A program made the position numbers and the translations under genes. This document shows positions 18,241 to 28,368 of a stretch of 64,000 nt of DNA, in pieces; within the stretch, counting starts at the first letter, position 1; each line of letters begins with the position of its first letter. The notes beneath the pieces are model-generated. The model saw only the letters and a list, made by a program, of their open reading frames with translations. It ran no database searches and was not told the DNA's origin. The DNA is from Fidelibacterota bacterium (GTDB taxonomy: Bacteria > Fidelibacterota > Fidelibacteria > Fidelibacterales > DSDE01). Location: the NCBI GenBank assembly GCA_046735395.1, contig JBJKQR010000047.1:1-64000 (forward strand). Direction: 5' to 3'.

Positions 18241-18846
18241 GTGTTTTACAGTATCAGCGGAATTCTGCAGAAAAAGGTGCCGGGCCTGGCGGTGATTGAT
18301 GTTCAGGGCATCGGCTTCGAACTGACCATAAGCCTTGCCACATATGAAGCGTTGCCGACGAAGGGCGGTGACTGCCGTCTGTTCACCTATTTACATGTCC
18401 GTGAGGATATACTTCAACTTTTCGGCTTCGCCGCTGAAGATGAAAAGGATGTTTTCCTGAAACTGATCAGCCTGAGCGGTATCGGCCCGAAGAATGCCAT
18501 GAATATCCTGTCAGCCATCAGTGTCGGCGAATTTCGCAAGGTGGTTGCCAACGGGGATTTTAACCGTCTGAAGGCTCTTCCCGGCATCGGTCCGAAAACT
18601 GCAAAACGGCTCCTGCTTGAACTGAAGGAGAAGATGGATGAGAGCGAAGTGGCGGATGTTCTGGGTGGAGATCCGGCCGCAGATTCCCCAAAACTGCGGG
18701 ATGCCTATGCCGCGCTTGAGTCCCTGGGATTTCGAAAATCCGAAGTCCAGAAATCACTGGAAGCGCTGTTGAAGGAGGAGGATGCCCTCAGCACGGAAGA
18801 CCTGGTGCGCAGAGTCCTGAAGCAGAATAAAGCAAATAACAGATAA
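18241..18846 (+). CDS. ruvA: Holliday junction branch migration protein RuvA
   Basis: VREDILQLFGF, two HhH motifs (SGIGPKNA, PGIGPKTAKRL) and C-terminal ALESLGF. Confidence 0.96.
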   Translation: MFYSISGILQKKVPGLAVIDVQGIGFELTISLATYEALPTKGGDCRLFTYLHVREDILQLFGFAAEDEKDVFLKLISLSGIGPKNAMNILSAISVGEFRKVVANGDFNRLKALPGIGPKTAKRLLLELKEKMDESEVADVLGGDPAADSPKLRDAYAALESLGFRKSEVQKSLEALLKEEDALSTEDLVRRVLKQNKANNR

Positions 18847-18857
18847 GGAGAGAGCTC

Positions 18858-19937
18858 ATGCATAAAAAATTATTTATTCCCGGACCCGTGGATTGCCGTC
18901 CTGAAGTGCTGGAGGCGATGGGAACACCCATGATCGGCCACCGGACCAAGGAGGCTACAGCGCTGCAGAAATCAATTACGGAGAAAATGCAGACAGTTTT
19001 TCATACGGAAAATCCGATTCTCGTTTCCACCACGTCCGGAACCGGCCTGATGGAAGGCTCGGTCCGTTCCCTCACGGCAAAAAGGGCTGTCATCTTTTCC
19101 GTGGGAGCCTTCGGTAACCGCTGGCATCAGCTTGCTGAATCGAATGGCGTTCCAGCCGATCTGGAAATGGCTGAATGGGGCCAGCCCACGCGCCCCGAAA
19201 CAGTGGATAAATATTTGAGTACCGGCAAATACGATGTGTTCACCATTACCCACAATGAAACCTCCACGGGAATTCAGAATGATATGGAGGCTCTCGCTGA
19301 AGTCCGCCGGAAATATCCGGACGTGCTCTGGCTGGTGGATACGGTGAGCAGTATGGGCGGAGCCCGTGTGGATGTGGACCGTCTGGGAATCGACATCTGT
19401 ATCACATCCACTCAGAAGGCTCTGGGCCTGCCTCCCGGACTGAGCCTGGCATCCGCATCACCCCGTGCCCTTGAATACGGGAAAAAGGTAAAGAACCGCG
19501 GAACCTATCTGGATATCATTGAAATCTATAAATACATTGTGAGCAAACCCTATCAGTACCCCAGCACGCCGTCTCTGTCCCATATGTTTGCCCTCGACGT
19601 CCAGCTGGATTATATCCTCAATACGGAGGGACTGGAAAACCGCTATGCCCGTCACAAGGCCATGCGTGACGTGACGCTGGACTGGGCCAACCGGCATTTC
19701 CGGCAGTTTGCGGCGAAGGGATTCGAATCTGCAACCGTGACGGCTGTGGACAATGTTCACAATATACCGGTGGGCGAACTCAATGCAAAACTGGGTGAGG
19801 AAGGATACCAGATTTCGAATGGCTACGGAGATCTGAAACAGAAAACCTTCCGCATTGCTCACATGGCAGACCGGACCATGGATGAACTGAAGGATCTGCT
19901 GTCATTACTGGACCGGATTATACCAACTATCAAATAA
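18858..19937 (+). CDS. Class V PLP aminotransferase (serine-pyruvate / alanine-glyoxylate type)
   Basis: LFIPGP, IGHR, THNETSTG, DTVSS, STQKALGLPPG, YPSTP and FRIAHM motifs. Confidence 0.9.
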   Translation: MHKKLFIPGPVDCRPEVLEAMGTPMIGHRTKEATALQKSITEKMQTVFHTENPILVSTTSGTGLMEGSVRSLTAKRAVIFSVGAFGNRWHQLAESNGVPADLEMAEWGQPTRPETVDKYLSTGKYDVFTITHNETSTGIQNDMEALAEVRRKYPDVLWLVDTVSSMGGARVDVDRLGIDICITSTQKALGLPPGLSLASASPRALEYGKKVKNRGTYLDIIEIYKYIVSKPYQYPSTPSLSHMFALDVQLDYILNTEGLENRYARHKAMRDVTLDWANRHFRQFAAKGFESATVTAVDNVHNIPVGELNAKLGEEGYQISNGYGDLKQKTFRIAHMADRTMDELKDLLSLLDRIIPTIK

Positions 19938-20009
19938 CCTGATTCGGCCGGATACCCTCTTGTCGGCCGGATCCTTAAGCAGAGGAGGGAATATGAAAGG
20001 AAAACGGGC

Positions 20010-21902
20010 ATGAATCATCTCGGAATGCTTGATTATCTTATTATCCTGCTGTTTTTTCTGGTGATTGCCGGAATCAGCTGGTATTATGGAAAACGGGCCG
20101 GTGGCGATACCGGTGAATTTTTTCTCAGCGGCCGGAATCTGCCCTGGTATCTGGCGGGAACCGCAATGGTCGCCACAACCTTCGCGGCCGATACTCCGCT
20201 GGCGGTGACGGAACTGGTGGCGAAAAACGGTATCGGCGGGAACTGGCTGTGGTGGAATATGGCCATCGGCGCCATGCTCACCGTTTTCTTCTTCGCCCGG
20301 CTCTGGAGACGCTCCGGGATCATGACCGATGTGGAATTCGTTGAATTCCGCTACAGCGGCCGGACGGCCGGTGTCCTGAGGGGATTCCGTGCCCTGTATC
20401 TGGGACTCTTCATGAATGCCATTGTCATGGGTTGGGTCAACAAAGCCATGGAGAAGATCTTTCAGGTTACGCTGCCCGGTTTCAATGCTTTCATGCTTGT
20501 GTCCATCGTGGCCATCATCATTGCCATCTACGCCTCTGCAAGCGGACTGCTGGGCACGGCGCGAACCGACAGTTTTCAGTTTCTCTTTGCCATGGCCGGA
20601 TGTATCATTCTTGCCGTGATCGTGGTACGTCTGCCGCAGGTCGGCGGAATGGTCCATCTCAAGGCCTCCCTGTCAGCGGAACATCTTCGTTTTCTTCCCG
20701 GGATCGGGATGGGCACAGCCATGAACGGTGTCCTTGCTCTGTCCGTCGGAGCCTTCATCGCCCATATCGGGCTGCAGTGGTGGTCCAGCTGGTATCCGGG
20801 TGCCGATCCGGGCGGCGGCGGCTATATCGCCCAACGCATGATGAGCGCAAAGGATGAGAAACACAGTCTGTTCGCTACACTGTGGTTCACCATTGCCCAT
20901 TACACGCTGCGTCCCTGGCCCTGGATCATTGTGGCGCTTGCCGCTCTGGTTCTGTTTCCGCGGGAACAGAATGTGGATATTCTGAAACAGGAAAATCCCC
21001 AGTATTACGAAATGGCCACAAATATTTTCGAAGGTCATACCACTCAAACCGTGGCGGTTGAGCAGGATCAGAATTTTGCTGACTATTACGAGCGCTACGA
21101 AAATACGGTGGATCCCGGCCGCATGTATCCGAAACTGATGGTCAGATATCTGCCGTCCGGACTCCTGGGCCTGCTGATTGCCGTTTTTCTGGCCGCATAT
21201 ATGAGCACCATCGCTTCGCAGCTGAACTGGGGTACATCCTACCTGATCAATGATTTTTACCGGCGCTTCTTTAAAAAGGACGGAGATGAGAAACATTATG
21301 TCCGGGTCAGCCGACTGACCATGATGCTGATGACGGTGGTTTCGCTGGTTATTACCCGGACGCTGCTCACGACCATTTCCGGAGCCTGGGAATTCATTAT
21401 CAATGCCTCTGCCGGGATCGGCCTGGTGCTGATTCTCAGGTGGTTCTGGTGGCGAATCAACGCCTGGTCGGAGATCGCTGCCATGATTGCCCCGCTCATT
21501 ATCTATCCGATCTCAAAGAGCTGGCTGCATCTTGAATCGCCCATGACACTGTATCCCATTGTCATCGGAACGACGCTGGTGTGGCTGGTGACCACCTGGG
21601 TGACGAAACCGGTGGATCGGGATACACTCCATGCCTTTTACAGAAAGATTCATCCCGGCGGACCCGGCTGGAAAATGATCGGCAGTGAAGTGCCGGATGT
21701 CACGCCGGATACGGGATATCTGCGGCTTTTCGGTGACTGGATTGCCGGTGTTATTCTGATTTACTCCTTCCTCTTCGGAATCGGAAAATTCCTTTTCCAT
21801 GATTGGCTGCAGGCTTTTCTGTTCTTTGTGGCCGCTGCTCTGTCCGCTCTCTATATCTATTTCGACCTTAAAAAACAAGGATTTGAAACGTTGCAAAAAT
21901 AG
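20010..21902 (+). CDS. Sodium:solute symporter family protein
   Basis: FFLSGRNLPW, ATTFAADTPL, YIAQRMMSAK and AAYMSTI motifs, with many TM helices. Confidence 0.9.
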   Translation: MNHLGMLDYLIILLFFLVIAGISWYYGKRAGGDTGEFFLSGRNLPWYLAGTAMVATTFAADTPLAVTELVAKNGIGGNWLWWNMAIGAMLTVFFFARLWRRSGIMTDVEFVEFRYSGRTAGVLRGFRALYLGLFMNAIVMGWVNKAMEKIFQVTLPGFNAFMLVSIVAIIIAIYASASGLLGTARTDSFQFLFAMAGCIILAVIVVRLPQVGGMVHLKASLSAEHLRFLPGIGMGTAMNGVLALSVGAFIAHIGLQWWSSWYPGADPGGGGYIAQRMMSAKDEKHSLFATLWFTIAHYTLRPWPWIIVALAALVLFPREQNVDILKQENPQYYEMATNIFEGHTTQTVAVEQDQNFADYYERYENTVDPGRMYPKLMVRYLPSGLLGLLIAVFLAAYMSTIASQLNWGTSYLINDFYRRFFKKDGDEKHYVRVSRLTMMLMTVVSLVITRTLLTTISGAWEFIINASAGIGLVLILRWFWWRINAWSEIAAMIAPLIIYPISKSWLHLESPMTLYPIVIGTTLVWLVTTWVTKPVDRDTLHAFYRKIHPGGPGWKMIGSEVPDVTPDTGYLRLFGDWIAGVILIYSFLFGIGKFLFHDWLQAFLFFVAAALSALYIYFDLKKQGFETLQK

Positions 21903-21914
21903 AAAGAAGGGATT

Positions 21915-22679
21915 ATGGACCTGGAACTGAAGGGAAAACGGGCTATTGTTCTGGGAGCAACAAAAGGAATCGGTCTGGCGATTGCCCGGGCCCTGCTGAA
22001 GGAGGGCGCCATCGTCGCCATTGGAAGCAGAGACCTGGATCATGTCCGGACGGCAAGCGCTGATCTGAAACACCATGGAGATGTCATCGGTTTTGTTACC
22101 GATGTCTCAAAAAATTACCTGCCCGACCTGGATTGGGCCTTTGATCATCTCAAGGGGGTTGATATTCTGGTCATCAATTCGGGCGGGCCGCCCAAGGGTG
22201 CATTTTTTGATCTGAAGGACAAGTCCTGGAAGGAGGGTCTGGATTCGACGCTTTTTCCCGCTATCCGGGGTGTGCGCTGGGCTGCGAAAAAAATGGAAAA
22301 ATGCCGAAAGGGTGGCCGGATTCTCATCATATCTTCCCTTTCCGCCAAACAGCCTATTCAGGATCTTGTCATCTCCAATGTCATCCGCAGCGGCCTCAGC
22401 AGTCTGACCAAGACGCTGGCACAGGAATTAGGGCCTGCGGGCATTACCATCAATAATATTCTTCCGGGATATGTGATGACGGACCGGCTGCGACATATCA
22501 TTTCGAATGCGGAAAATCAGGAGGAAGCCCTGAAGTCCCTGGAGGCCGGGACGGCTCTGAAGCGAATTGCCAGACCGGAAGAAATCGGACAAACTGCTGC
22601 CTTTCTCTGTTCATCTGCCGCATCCTATATCACCGGAACGGATATTCTGGTGGATGGAGGCGCCGTCAGGGGAATCTGA
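21915..22679 (+). CDS. SDR family oxidoreductase (atypical, FabG-like)
   Basis: GATKGIG, NSGGPP, SNVIR in place of YxxxK, and ASYITG..ILVDGG. Confidence 0.88.
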   Translation: MDLELKGKRAIVLGATKGIGLAIARALLKEGAIVAIGSRDLDHVRTASADLKHHGDVIGFVTDVSKNYLPDLDWAFDHLKGVDILVINSGGPPKGAFFDLKDKSWKEGLDSTLFPAIRGVRWAAKKMEKCRKGGRILIISSLSAKQPIQDLVISNVIRSGLSSLTKTLAQELGPAGITINNILPGYVMTDRLRHIISNAENQEEALKSLEAGTALKRIARPEEIGQTAAFLCSSAASYITGTDILVDGGAVRGI

Positions 22680-22767
22680 GAAGTCGGTCCCAAATCGGAA
22701 AGCCGGTTTCAGGCTTTTATAATTCTATATTGATTAACCTGATTAAAGAAAATATTTCAAAGGAAGG

Positions 22768-23265
22768 ATGATGTCTGAGAAATGTCCGGGCTGCGGCGCG
22801 CAGTTTGAATCCATTGCGGGCCCGGTTCATGAATATATCGAGTCTTCGCCGGGCTGCTGGAAGGCCTATTCGGAAATACTGGCCCGGGAATATGAAAATT
22901 ACAGTCGGATGGAGGAAATTCACCGGCTGACGGTGGATGCCTATGCGGTGCAGCATCCGGGAAGGCCGGGTAAAAAGTCCACCCAGTCCGTCTACGGCCA
23001 CCTGCTGTCTCTGTATGCTGTCTTTGAATTGAATTATTCAGCGACTCAGGCCCGTGAACTGCTGGGGCGATTTGTAGCAAAGAAGCAGGATCTTCCCTGG
23101 CTGGATCCGCCGGATTTCGCGGAAACTCTGACGGTCCGGGATCTGCTGCGGGCGGCCTCTCTTGAGGAACATATGGAGAGTGTGAGGACATGGAGCCGGT
23201 CCCTGTGGTCTGCCTGGAAAGCCCGCCACGGTGATGAAATCACTAAAATAGTTGAACAATTATAA
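22768..23265 (+). CDS. DUF5946-like hypothetical protein
   Basis: CPGCG..H.YIESSPGCW, HRLTVDAYAVQHP and HLLSL pattern. Confidence 0.7.
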   Translation: MMSEKCPGCGAQFESIAGPVHEYIESSPGCWKAYSEILAREYENYSRMEEIHRLTVDAYAVQHPGRPGKKSTQSVYGHLLSLYAVFELNYSATQARELLGRFVAKKQDLPWLDPPDFAETLTVRDLLRAASLEEHMESVRTWSRSLWSAWKARHGDEITKIVEQL

Positions 23266-23430
23266 GCCGTTTCGCGTGAACAATTCTGAGCGCGGATTCT
23301 GCAGCCGTAATTTCCGCATTCCCCGGCTCTGAACAGTTGCCCGATTATGCAAATATCCTTATCTTCCCCATAATGACGAGATCCACAATTTCATATTCAT
23401 ATCCTTCACGCAGGCAGGAGCAGATCTGAG

Positions 23431-24807
23431 ATGGCCGCGAAGGAAAAATCCATCTTTGTCTGCCGTCTCTGCGGCGCGGAATTTCCCAAATGGCAGGGCC
23501 AGTGCGGCCAGTGCGGGGAATGGAATGTGCTGGAGGAAAAGGCGCAGGAAAAGACCGGGAGCCGAAAAGCTGCAGCCGGCCGTCCTTTTTCTCTCAATGT
23601 GCTGGGAAAAGCGTCCATGCCGAGACGTTACCAGACCCGTATTCCGGAGCTGGACCGGGTCAGCGGAGGGGGCTTCCTGGCCGGATCCGTCACGCTGCTC
23701 GGCGGAGATCCGGGCATCGGCAAATCTACTCTCGCTCTCCAGCTGCTGGCTGAATGCATTCGTATTGAAAAGATAAAAGGCCTCTATTTCAGCGGTGAGG
23801 AAAGCATTGAACAAATTTCACTCCGGGCCTCCCGACTGCTGGTTCCGGACGAACTGTTCAGTCTGTCTAATGATATGGAGCTGCACCAGATACTTCATGC
23901 CATGGATACGGAAAAACCGCAGCTGCTCATTGTTGATTCCATTCAGACCGTATATTCACTGAATTCCGATTCCCTGCCCGGTTCGGTGACTCAGGTCAGG
24001 GAATGCGCCTCCGAACTTCTGAACAAGGCTAAGCAGAAGAATATCACCCTCATCCTCATCGGCCATATCACCAAAGAGGGAAATATCGCCGGGCCGAAAC
24101 TGCTGGAGCATCTGGTTGATACGGTATTTTATCAGGAAGGTGATCAGAATAATTATTTTAGAATCCTGAGGTCGGTCAAAAACCGCTTCGGAGCCACGAA
24201 TGAGATCGGCATTTTTGAGATGGCTGCCGATGGCCTGCATTCCGTGGGAAATCCGGGGGATATTTTTCTCAGCGAACGGATCTCGGGTGTATCCGGATCC
24301 GTGGTTGCGGCGGGACTGGAAGCAACCCGGCCGCTGCTCATCGAGATTCAGGCCCTGGCTGCCAAGGCTGCCTACGGCGCACCCCAACGAAACAGTACCG
24401 GGGTGGATCATCGGCGTCTTGCCATGCTGCTGGCGGTCATGGAAAAGAAACTGCACCTGCCCATGTCCCAGTCGGATGTGTTTGTCAATATCGTGGGAGG
24501 ACTCAAATTTTTTGAACCGGCCATGGATCTGCCGGTGCTGGCCGCAATCATCTCTTCCGTGCTGGATAAGCCGCTTCCGGATGGATGTGTGCTCTTTGGG
24601 GAGGTGGGGCTCACCGGAGAACTGCGCAGCGCGAGCCTGTCCCTGAAACGGGTCGAGGAGGCGGTCCGTATGGGATTTTCCCATATTATTCTGCCGGCGG
24701 CATCCCGGAAAGCTCTGGTCAATATGAGGGTTCAGCCCGACCTGCATTTCATCGCGAATGTGGGGGAATTGAAAACACTCATCTCATCGAGGAGCCTGAC
24801 ATCCTGA
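23431..24807 (+). CDS. radA: DNA repair protein RadA/Sms
   Basis: C4 zinc finger, Walker A GGDPGIGKST, DSIQT, KNRFG motif and Lon-like C-terminus. Confidence 0.97.
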   Translation: MAAKEKSIFVCRLCGAEFPKWQGQCGQCGEWNVLEEKAQEKTGSRKAAAGRPFSLNVLGKASMPRRYQTRIPELDRVSGGGFLAGSVTLLGGDPGIGKSTLALQLLAECIRIEKIKGLYFSGEESIEQISLRASRLLVPDELFSLSNDMELHQILHAMDTEKPQLLIVDSIQTVYSLNSDSLPGSVTQVRECASELLNKAKQKNITLILIGHITKEGNIAGPKLLEHLVDTVFYQEGDQNNYFRILRSVKNRFGATNEIGIFEMAADGLHSVGNPGDIFLSERISGVSGSVVAAGLEATRPLLIEIQALAAKAAYGAPQRNSTGVDHRRLAMLLAVMEKKLHLPMSQSDVFVNIVGGLKFFEPAMDLPVLAAIISSVLDKPLPDGCVLFGEVGLTGELRSASLSLKRVEEAVRMGFSHIILPAASRKALVNMRVQPDLHFIANVGELKTLISSRSLTS

Positions 24808-24836
24808 TAATTCCGACATATGGCGGTGAGGCATGA

Positions 24837-25967
24837 ATGAAGGGGAAATTGCGAGGTCCGCAATGGAATTACAGGCTTGTTTTTTTATTATGCCTGATGA
24901 TTGGAGCACATGGACTTATGGCAGATAAGGATTACAGACTTTTTGTCGGCGGATATACAGACGGATCCGGACAGGGAATCATGAATTTTCAGCTGGATGC
25001 GGGCGGAATCCTGTCGGGCGGAAATCTTGCCGCTCGGAGTACGAATCCATCTTATCTGGCTGTCAGTCATGACGGGACGTATCTGCTTGCGGTCAATGAA
25101 GTGAATGAGGATGGCCAGGGATCCGTTGAATCCTATGCCATTCACGGTGATACGCTTAGCTTTCTCAGCCGGCGTTCCTCCGGCGGCGCCCACCCCTGTT
25201 TCGTGGCAGTAAATGACCATGGCTATGTTCTGATCGCGAATTATACCGGCGGGACCATCGCCCTGCTGAAGCTGAATGATACGGGACTGCTCAGTGAGGC
25301 GCCGGATATCCGTCAGCATTACGGTCGGGGCACGACAGAGCGGCAGCAGGCGCCTCATGCCCATTCCGCATGGTTCGTGCCCAATAGTTCAGCTGTGATC
25401 TCTGCGGATCTGGGAACGAACAAGTTGAATTTTTATCAGCTGGATGAAACGAATAATGGCCTGAGCTCCATTTCTCCGGATGAGCTGAAACTTGAGGACG
25501 GAGCCGGGCCGCGCCATCTCTGTTTTCATCCGAACGGAAAATGGATATATGTGGCCAATGAACTGAACAGTACAGTAACTCAGATCGATATAACGGAAAT
25601 GGACACGGCGGAATGTGTCGCTTCGTACCGCAGTATTCCGGCAGATTTCAGGGAAATGAATCATCCCGGGCATATTGAGTTGTCTCCGGACGGCGCGTTT
25701 CTCTACGTTTCGAATCGGGGGCATAACAGTGTGGCCCTGTTTACGGTGGATAAAGAGGACGGCCATCCGGAACTGCTGAGCTGCGAGCCGGTGCGGGGTG
25801 TCTGGCCACGGCATTTTTCACTTTCACCCGATGGGAAATTTTTAGTGGTGGCGAATCAGAGATCCGAATCCCTGTCCGTATTTCGCCGGGATGCAGTAAC
25901 CGGAAAACTGACTTTTTCAGGCAGCGCCCCCTGTCCGTCTCCTTCCTGCATCTGCTTTCAGCCATAA
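24837..25967 (+). CDS. Lactonase family beta-propeller (6-phosphogluconolactonase-like)
   Basis: VGGYT, NPSYL, ANYTGG, RQQAPHAH, DLGT, GAGPRH, SNRGHNS and WPRHF motifs. Confidence 0.9.
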   Translation: MKGKLRGPQWNYRLVFLLCLMIGAHGLMADKDYRLFVGGYTDGSGQGIMNFQLDAGGILSGGNLAARSTNPSYLAVSHDGTYLLAVNEVNEDGQGSVESYAIHGDTLSFLSRRSSGGAHPCFVAVNDHGYVLIANYTGGTIALLKLNDTGLLSEAPDIRQHYGRGTTERQQAPHAHSAWFVPNSSAVISADLGTNKLNFYQLDETNNGLSSISPDELKLEDGAGPRHLCFHPNGKWIYVANELNSTVTQIDITEMDTAECVASYRSIPADFREMNHPGHIELSPDGAFLYVSNRGHNSVALFTVDKEDGHPELLSCEPVRGVWPRHFSLSPDGKFLVVANQRSESLSVFRRDAVTGKLTFSGSAPCPSPSCICFQP

Positions 25968-26026
25968 GGGGAAGAATTTCGCTCAGATGCAGAATAAAAA
26001 CCGGAAAAAGAATTAGGAGGATTCCT

Positions 26027-26854
26027 GTGAAGACAATGATGAAACGAGTTTCGGATTCGGGAATACGTTTGTTTACGGCCGGCCTGGTTTTAATAGGCGT
26101 GACGGCCTGCAATTCCGGAAAAAAAGTGGAACCACAACATGATCTTGGAGGAAAAATGGGATCGAAGCCGATAATTTTAGTGAATTCCGTGTACAGGCCC
26201 GGAGAACGGCCCGTCTATTCGCTGCCGTCCACCTACTACCATGCGGTGACGGATAACGGAGGTATTCCGCTCATGGCTCCGTCCAGGGGCGATGACGCAA
26301 CACTTCGGGAACTGGAGTCACTCTGTGATGGCTTTCTGTTTATCGGCGGGGCAGATTATCCGCCTGAATATTACGGGGAGGAAATGGAGGAGCATATGGA
26401 AGTGATGCCTGTGCCCCGGGCGGAAACTGACATGGCCCTGGCAAAAATCGCCTTGCAGAGCGGCAAGCCCATCCTGGGCATCTGCGCCGGAGAGCAGCTG
26501 CTGAATATTGCGGACGGCGGGAAACTGATCCGTCATATCCTCAGTGATCAGGAACATCGGAATGAAGCCTATCATAATGTGGCCATCAAATCCGGAACCC
26601 TGCTGCATGATTTATTGAAAAAGGACAGCACTCTGGTGAACAGTTCGCATCATCAGGCCGTTGATCCGAGTTTTGTCGGCAGCCGTTTTGTCGTATCTGC
26701 CCTTGCGGACGACGGAATCATTGAGGCCATGGAAACGCGGGATGATCAGTGGATTCTGGCGCTGCAGTGGCATCCCGAACGGATTAAGGATGAAGAAATG
26801 CGCAAAACACTGTTCAGCGCCTTTATCCGGGAAGCGGCTTCACAGGAAGACTGA
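26027..26854 (+). CDS. Peptidase C26 / gamma-glutamyl hydrolase (PuuD-like) with lipoprotein signal
   Basis: GGAD..P..YG, LGICAGEQ (Cys nucleophile), VNSSHHQAV, QWHPE and lipobox VTAC. SD AGGAGG before the GTG. Confidence 0.87.
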   Translation: MKTMMKRVSDSGIRLFTAGLVLIGVTACNSGKKVEPQHDLGGKMGSKPIILVNSVYRPGERPVYSLPSTYYHAVTDNGGIPLMAPSRGDDATLRELESLCDGFLFIGGADYPPEYYGEEMEEHMEVMPVPRAETDMALAKIALQSGKPILGICAGEQLLNIADGGKLIRHILSDQEHRNEAYHNVAIKSGTLLHDLLKKDSTLVNSSHHQAVDPSFVGSRFVVSALADDGIIEAMETRDDQWILALQWHPERIKDEEMRKTLFSAFIREAASQED

Positions 26855-26893
26855 TTTTTTCATATGATTTATTATTATAACAAAGGATTAACC

Positions 26894-28351
26894 ATGAAAT
26901 ATCTCATTTCTATACTGTTACCGGCTCTGCTCATATTCGGCGCCACGCCACAGGAAACTGTAGAGAAACTGGCATCCTCGCCCACTCTGGAGCATGGACT
27001 GTGGTCCGTGTATGCCCAGTACTGCGACACGGGAGAACCTGTTGTCGATTACAACAGCAGCTACAGCCTGGCACCGGCCTCGGGACTGAAAATCATGGCC
27101 AGCGGTGCAGCGCTGCTCAAGCTGGGGCCGGATTTTCATTATGAAACCACCGTGGATCTGGATGGCGTGCAGAAGCGCACGTGCTTTGACGGAGACCTGG
27201 TCATTCACGGCAGCGGTGACCCGACTCTGGGTTCGGATATTGTGGCCGTCGCCGTTTCTCCCGACAGTTTTTACCAGGGAATCGTAAACGCACTGATATC
27301 CCGTAACATCCGGAAATTAACGGGTGATATTGTGGTGGACAACAGCCTGTTCGGTGACCGGAAGCTTCCGGATGGCTGGATATGGCAGGATATAGGCAAT
27401 TATTACGGAGCCGCGCTGCAGTCCTTCTGTTTCGGAGAAAATCTGTATTATATCACTTTTCAGCCCGGCGAGAATCCCGGAGATCCGGCCGGGATCATTT
27501 CTACGCGTCCCGTACTTCATGATTTTAATTTCATCAATACCATGCGGACGGGAAAGCCGGGAAGCGGTGACAACGGATATATTTATTCCGCGCCGGGGAT
27601 GACCTTTGCACTCGTGAGGGGAACCGTCCCTGCCGCGGTGCCCGAATTCACCATCAAGGGCGCGGTCGAGGATCCGGCGGCCAATACGGCAAAGGAACTG
27701 CGGCTGCGTCTTCAGGATGCCGGAATTTCTGTAAAGGGACGCTGCCGAGTTCTGGACCGGAAAACGGAGACGGAGACCTCGTCATCAGAGGAGCTGTGCC
27801 GGTTTCGCTCGCCCTCTCTGGAACGCATTATCGCCGAAACTCTGCAGAGATCGGTGAATCTCTTTGCGGAGCAGCTGATCCGGACCGCAGCCTGGTACGG
27901 GGATGGTGAAAGTGATTACGACGCGTCCGTTGCGGAAATTAAAACCATGCTGGATTCACTGAAGGTACCCCGGGCCGGGTTTTCCATTGCTGACGGAAGC
28001 GGACTGAGCCGCGGCAACAAAGTGACCACCCGTGTCTTTTCCGATTTTCTGGCAGCCATGAGCAGGAAGGATGTCTTTTCGTCCTATTATTCATCCTTCA
28101 GCATTGCAGGGGATACAACCGCCATCGGGCATTATATGTCTTTCGGAGAAAATACGGCGGCAAAGGGTAATGCGCGGATCAAAACCGGTTTCATCGGGAG
28201 TGTCCGCTCCCATTCCGGATATGTGACGGACAGAAACGGACGGATGATTGCATTCAGCTGTATCGCAAATAATTACAGCGGCAGGACCTCGGATGTGAAC
28301 CGCATTCATGAGCAGGTTCTGGACGCTCTGGCATCCATTGATAACAAATGA
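26894..28351 (+). CDS. dacB: D-Ala-D-Ala carboxypeptidase/endopeptidase (peptidase S13, PBP4)
   Basis: PASGLK (SxxK), GSGDPTL, SVN (SxN), DGSGLSR and KTG motifs, plus signal peptide. SD AAGGA before ATG 26894. Confidence 0.93.
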   Translation: MKYLISILLPALLIFGATPQETVEKLASSPTLEHGLWSVYAQYCDTGEPVVDYNSSYSLAPASGLKIMASGAALLKLGPDFHYETTVDLDGVQKRTCFDGDLVIHGSGDPTLGSDIVAVAVSPDSFYQGIVNALISRNIRKLTGDIVVDNSLFGDRKLPDGWIWQDIGNYYGAALQSFCFGENLYYITFQPGENPGDPAGIISTRPVLHDFNFINTMRTGKPGSGDNGYIYSAPGMTFALVRGTVPAAVPEFTIKGAVEDPAANTAKELRLRLQDAGISVKGRCRVLDRKTETETSSSEELCRFRSPSLERIIAETLQRSVNLFAEQLIRTAAWYGDGESDYDASVAEIKTMLDSLKVPRAGFSIADGSGLSRGNKVTTRVFSDFLAAMSRKDVFSSYYSSFSIAGDTTAIGHYMSFGENTAAKGNARIKTGFIGSVRSHSGYVTDRNGRMIAFSCIANNYSGRTSDVNRIHEQVLDALASIDNK

Positions 28352-28368
28352 ATAATGAGGAAAAGATC

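Noticed and set aside
19943..19972. CGGCCG-based hairpin/direct repeat between aminotransferase and symporter
   Set aside because: No U-tract and no other copies noticed, so not supportable as a terminator or REP element.
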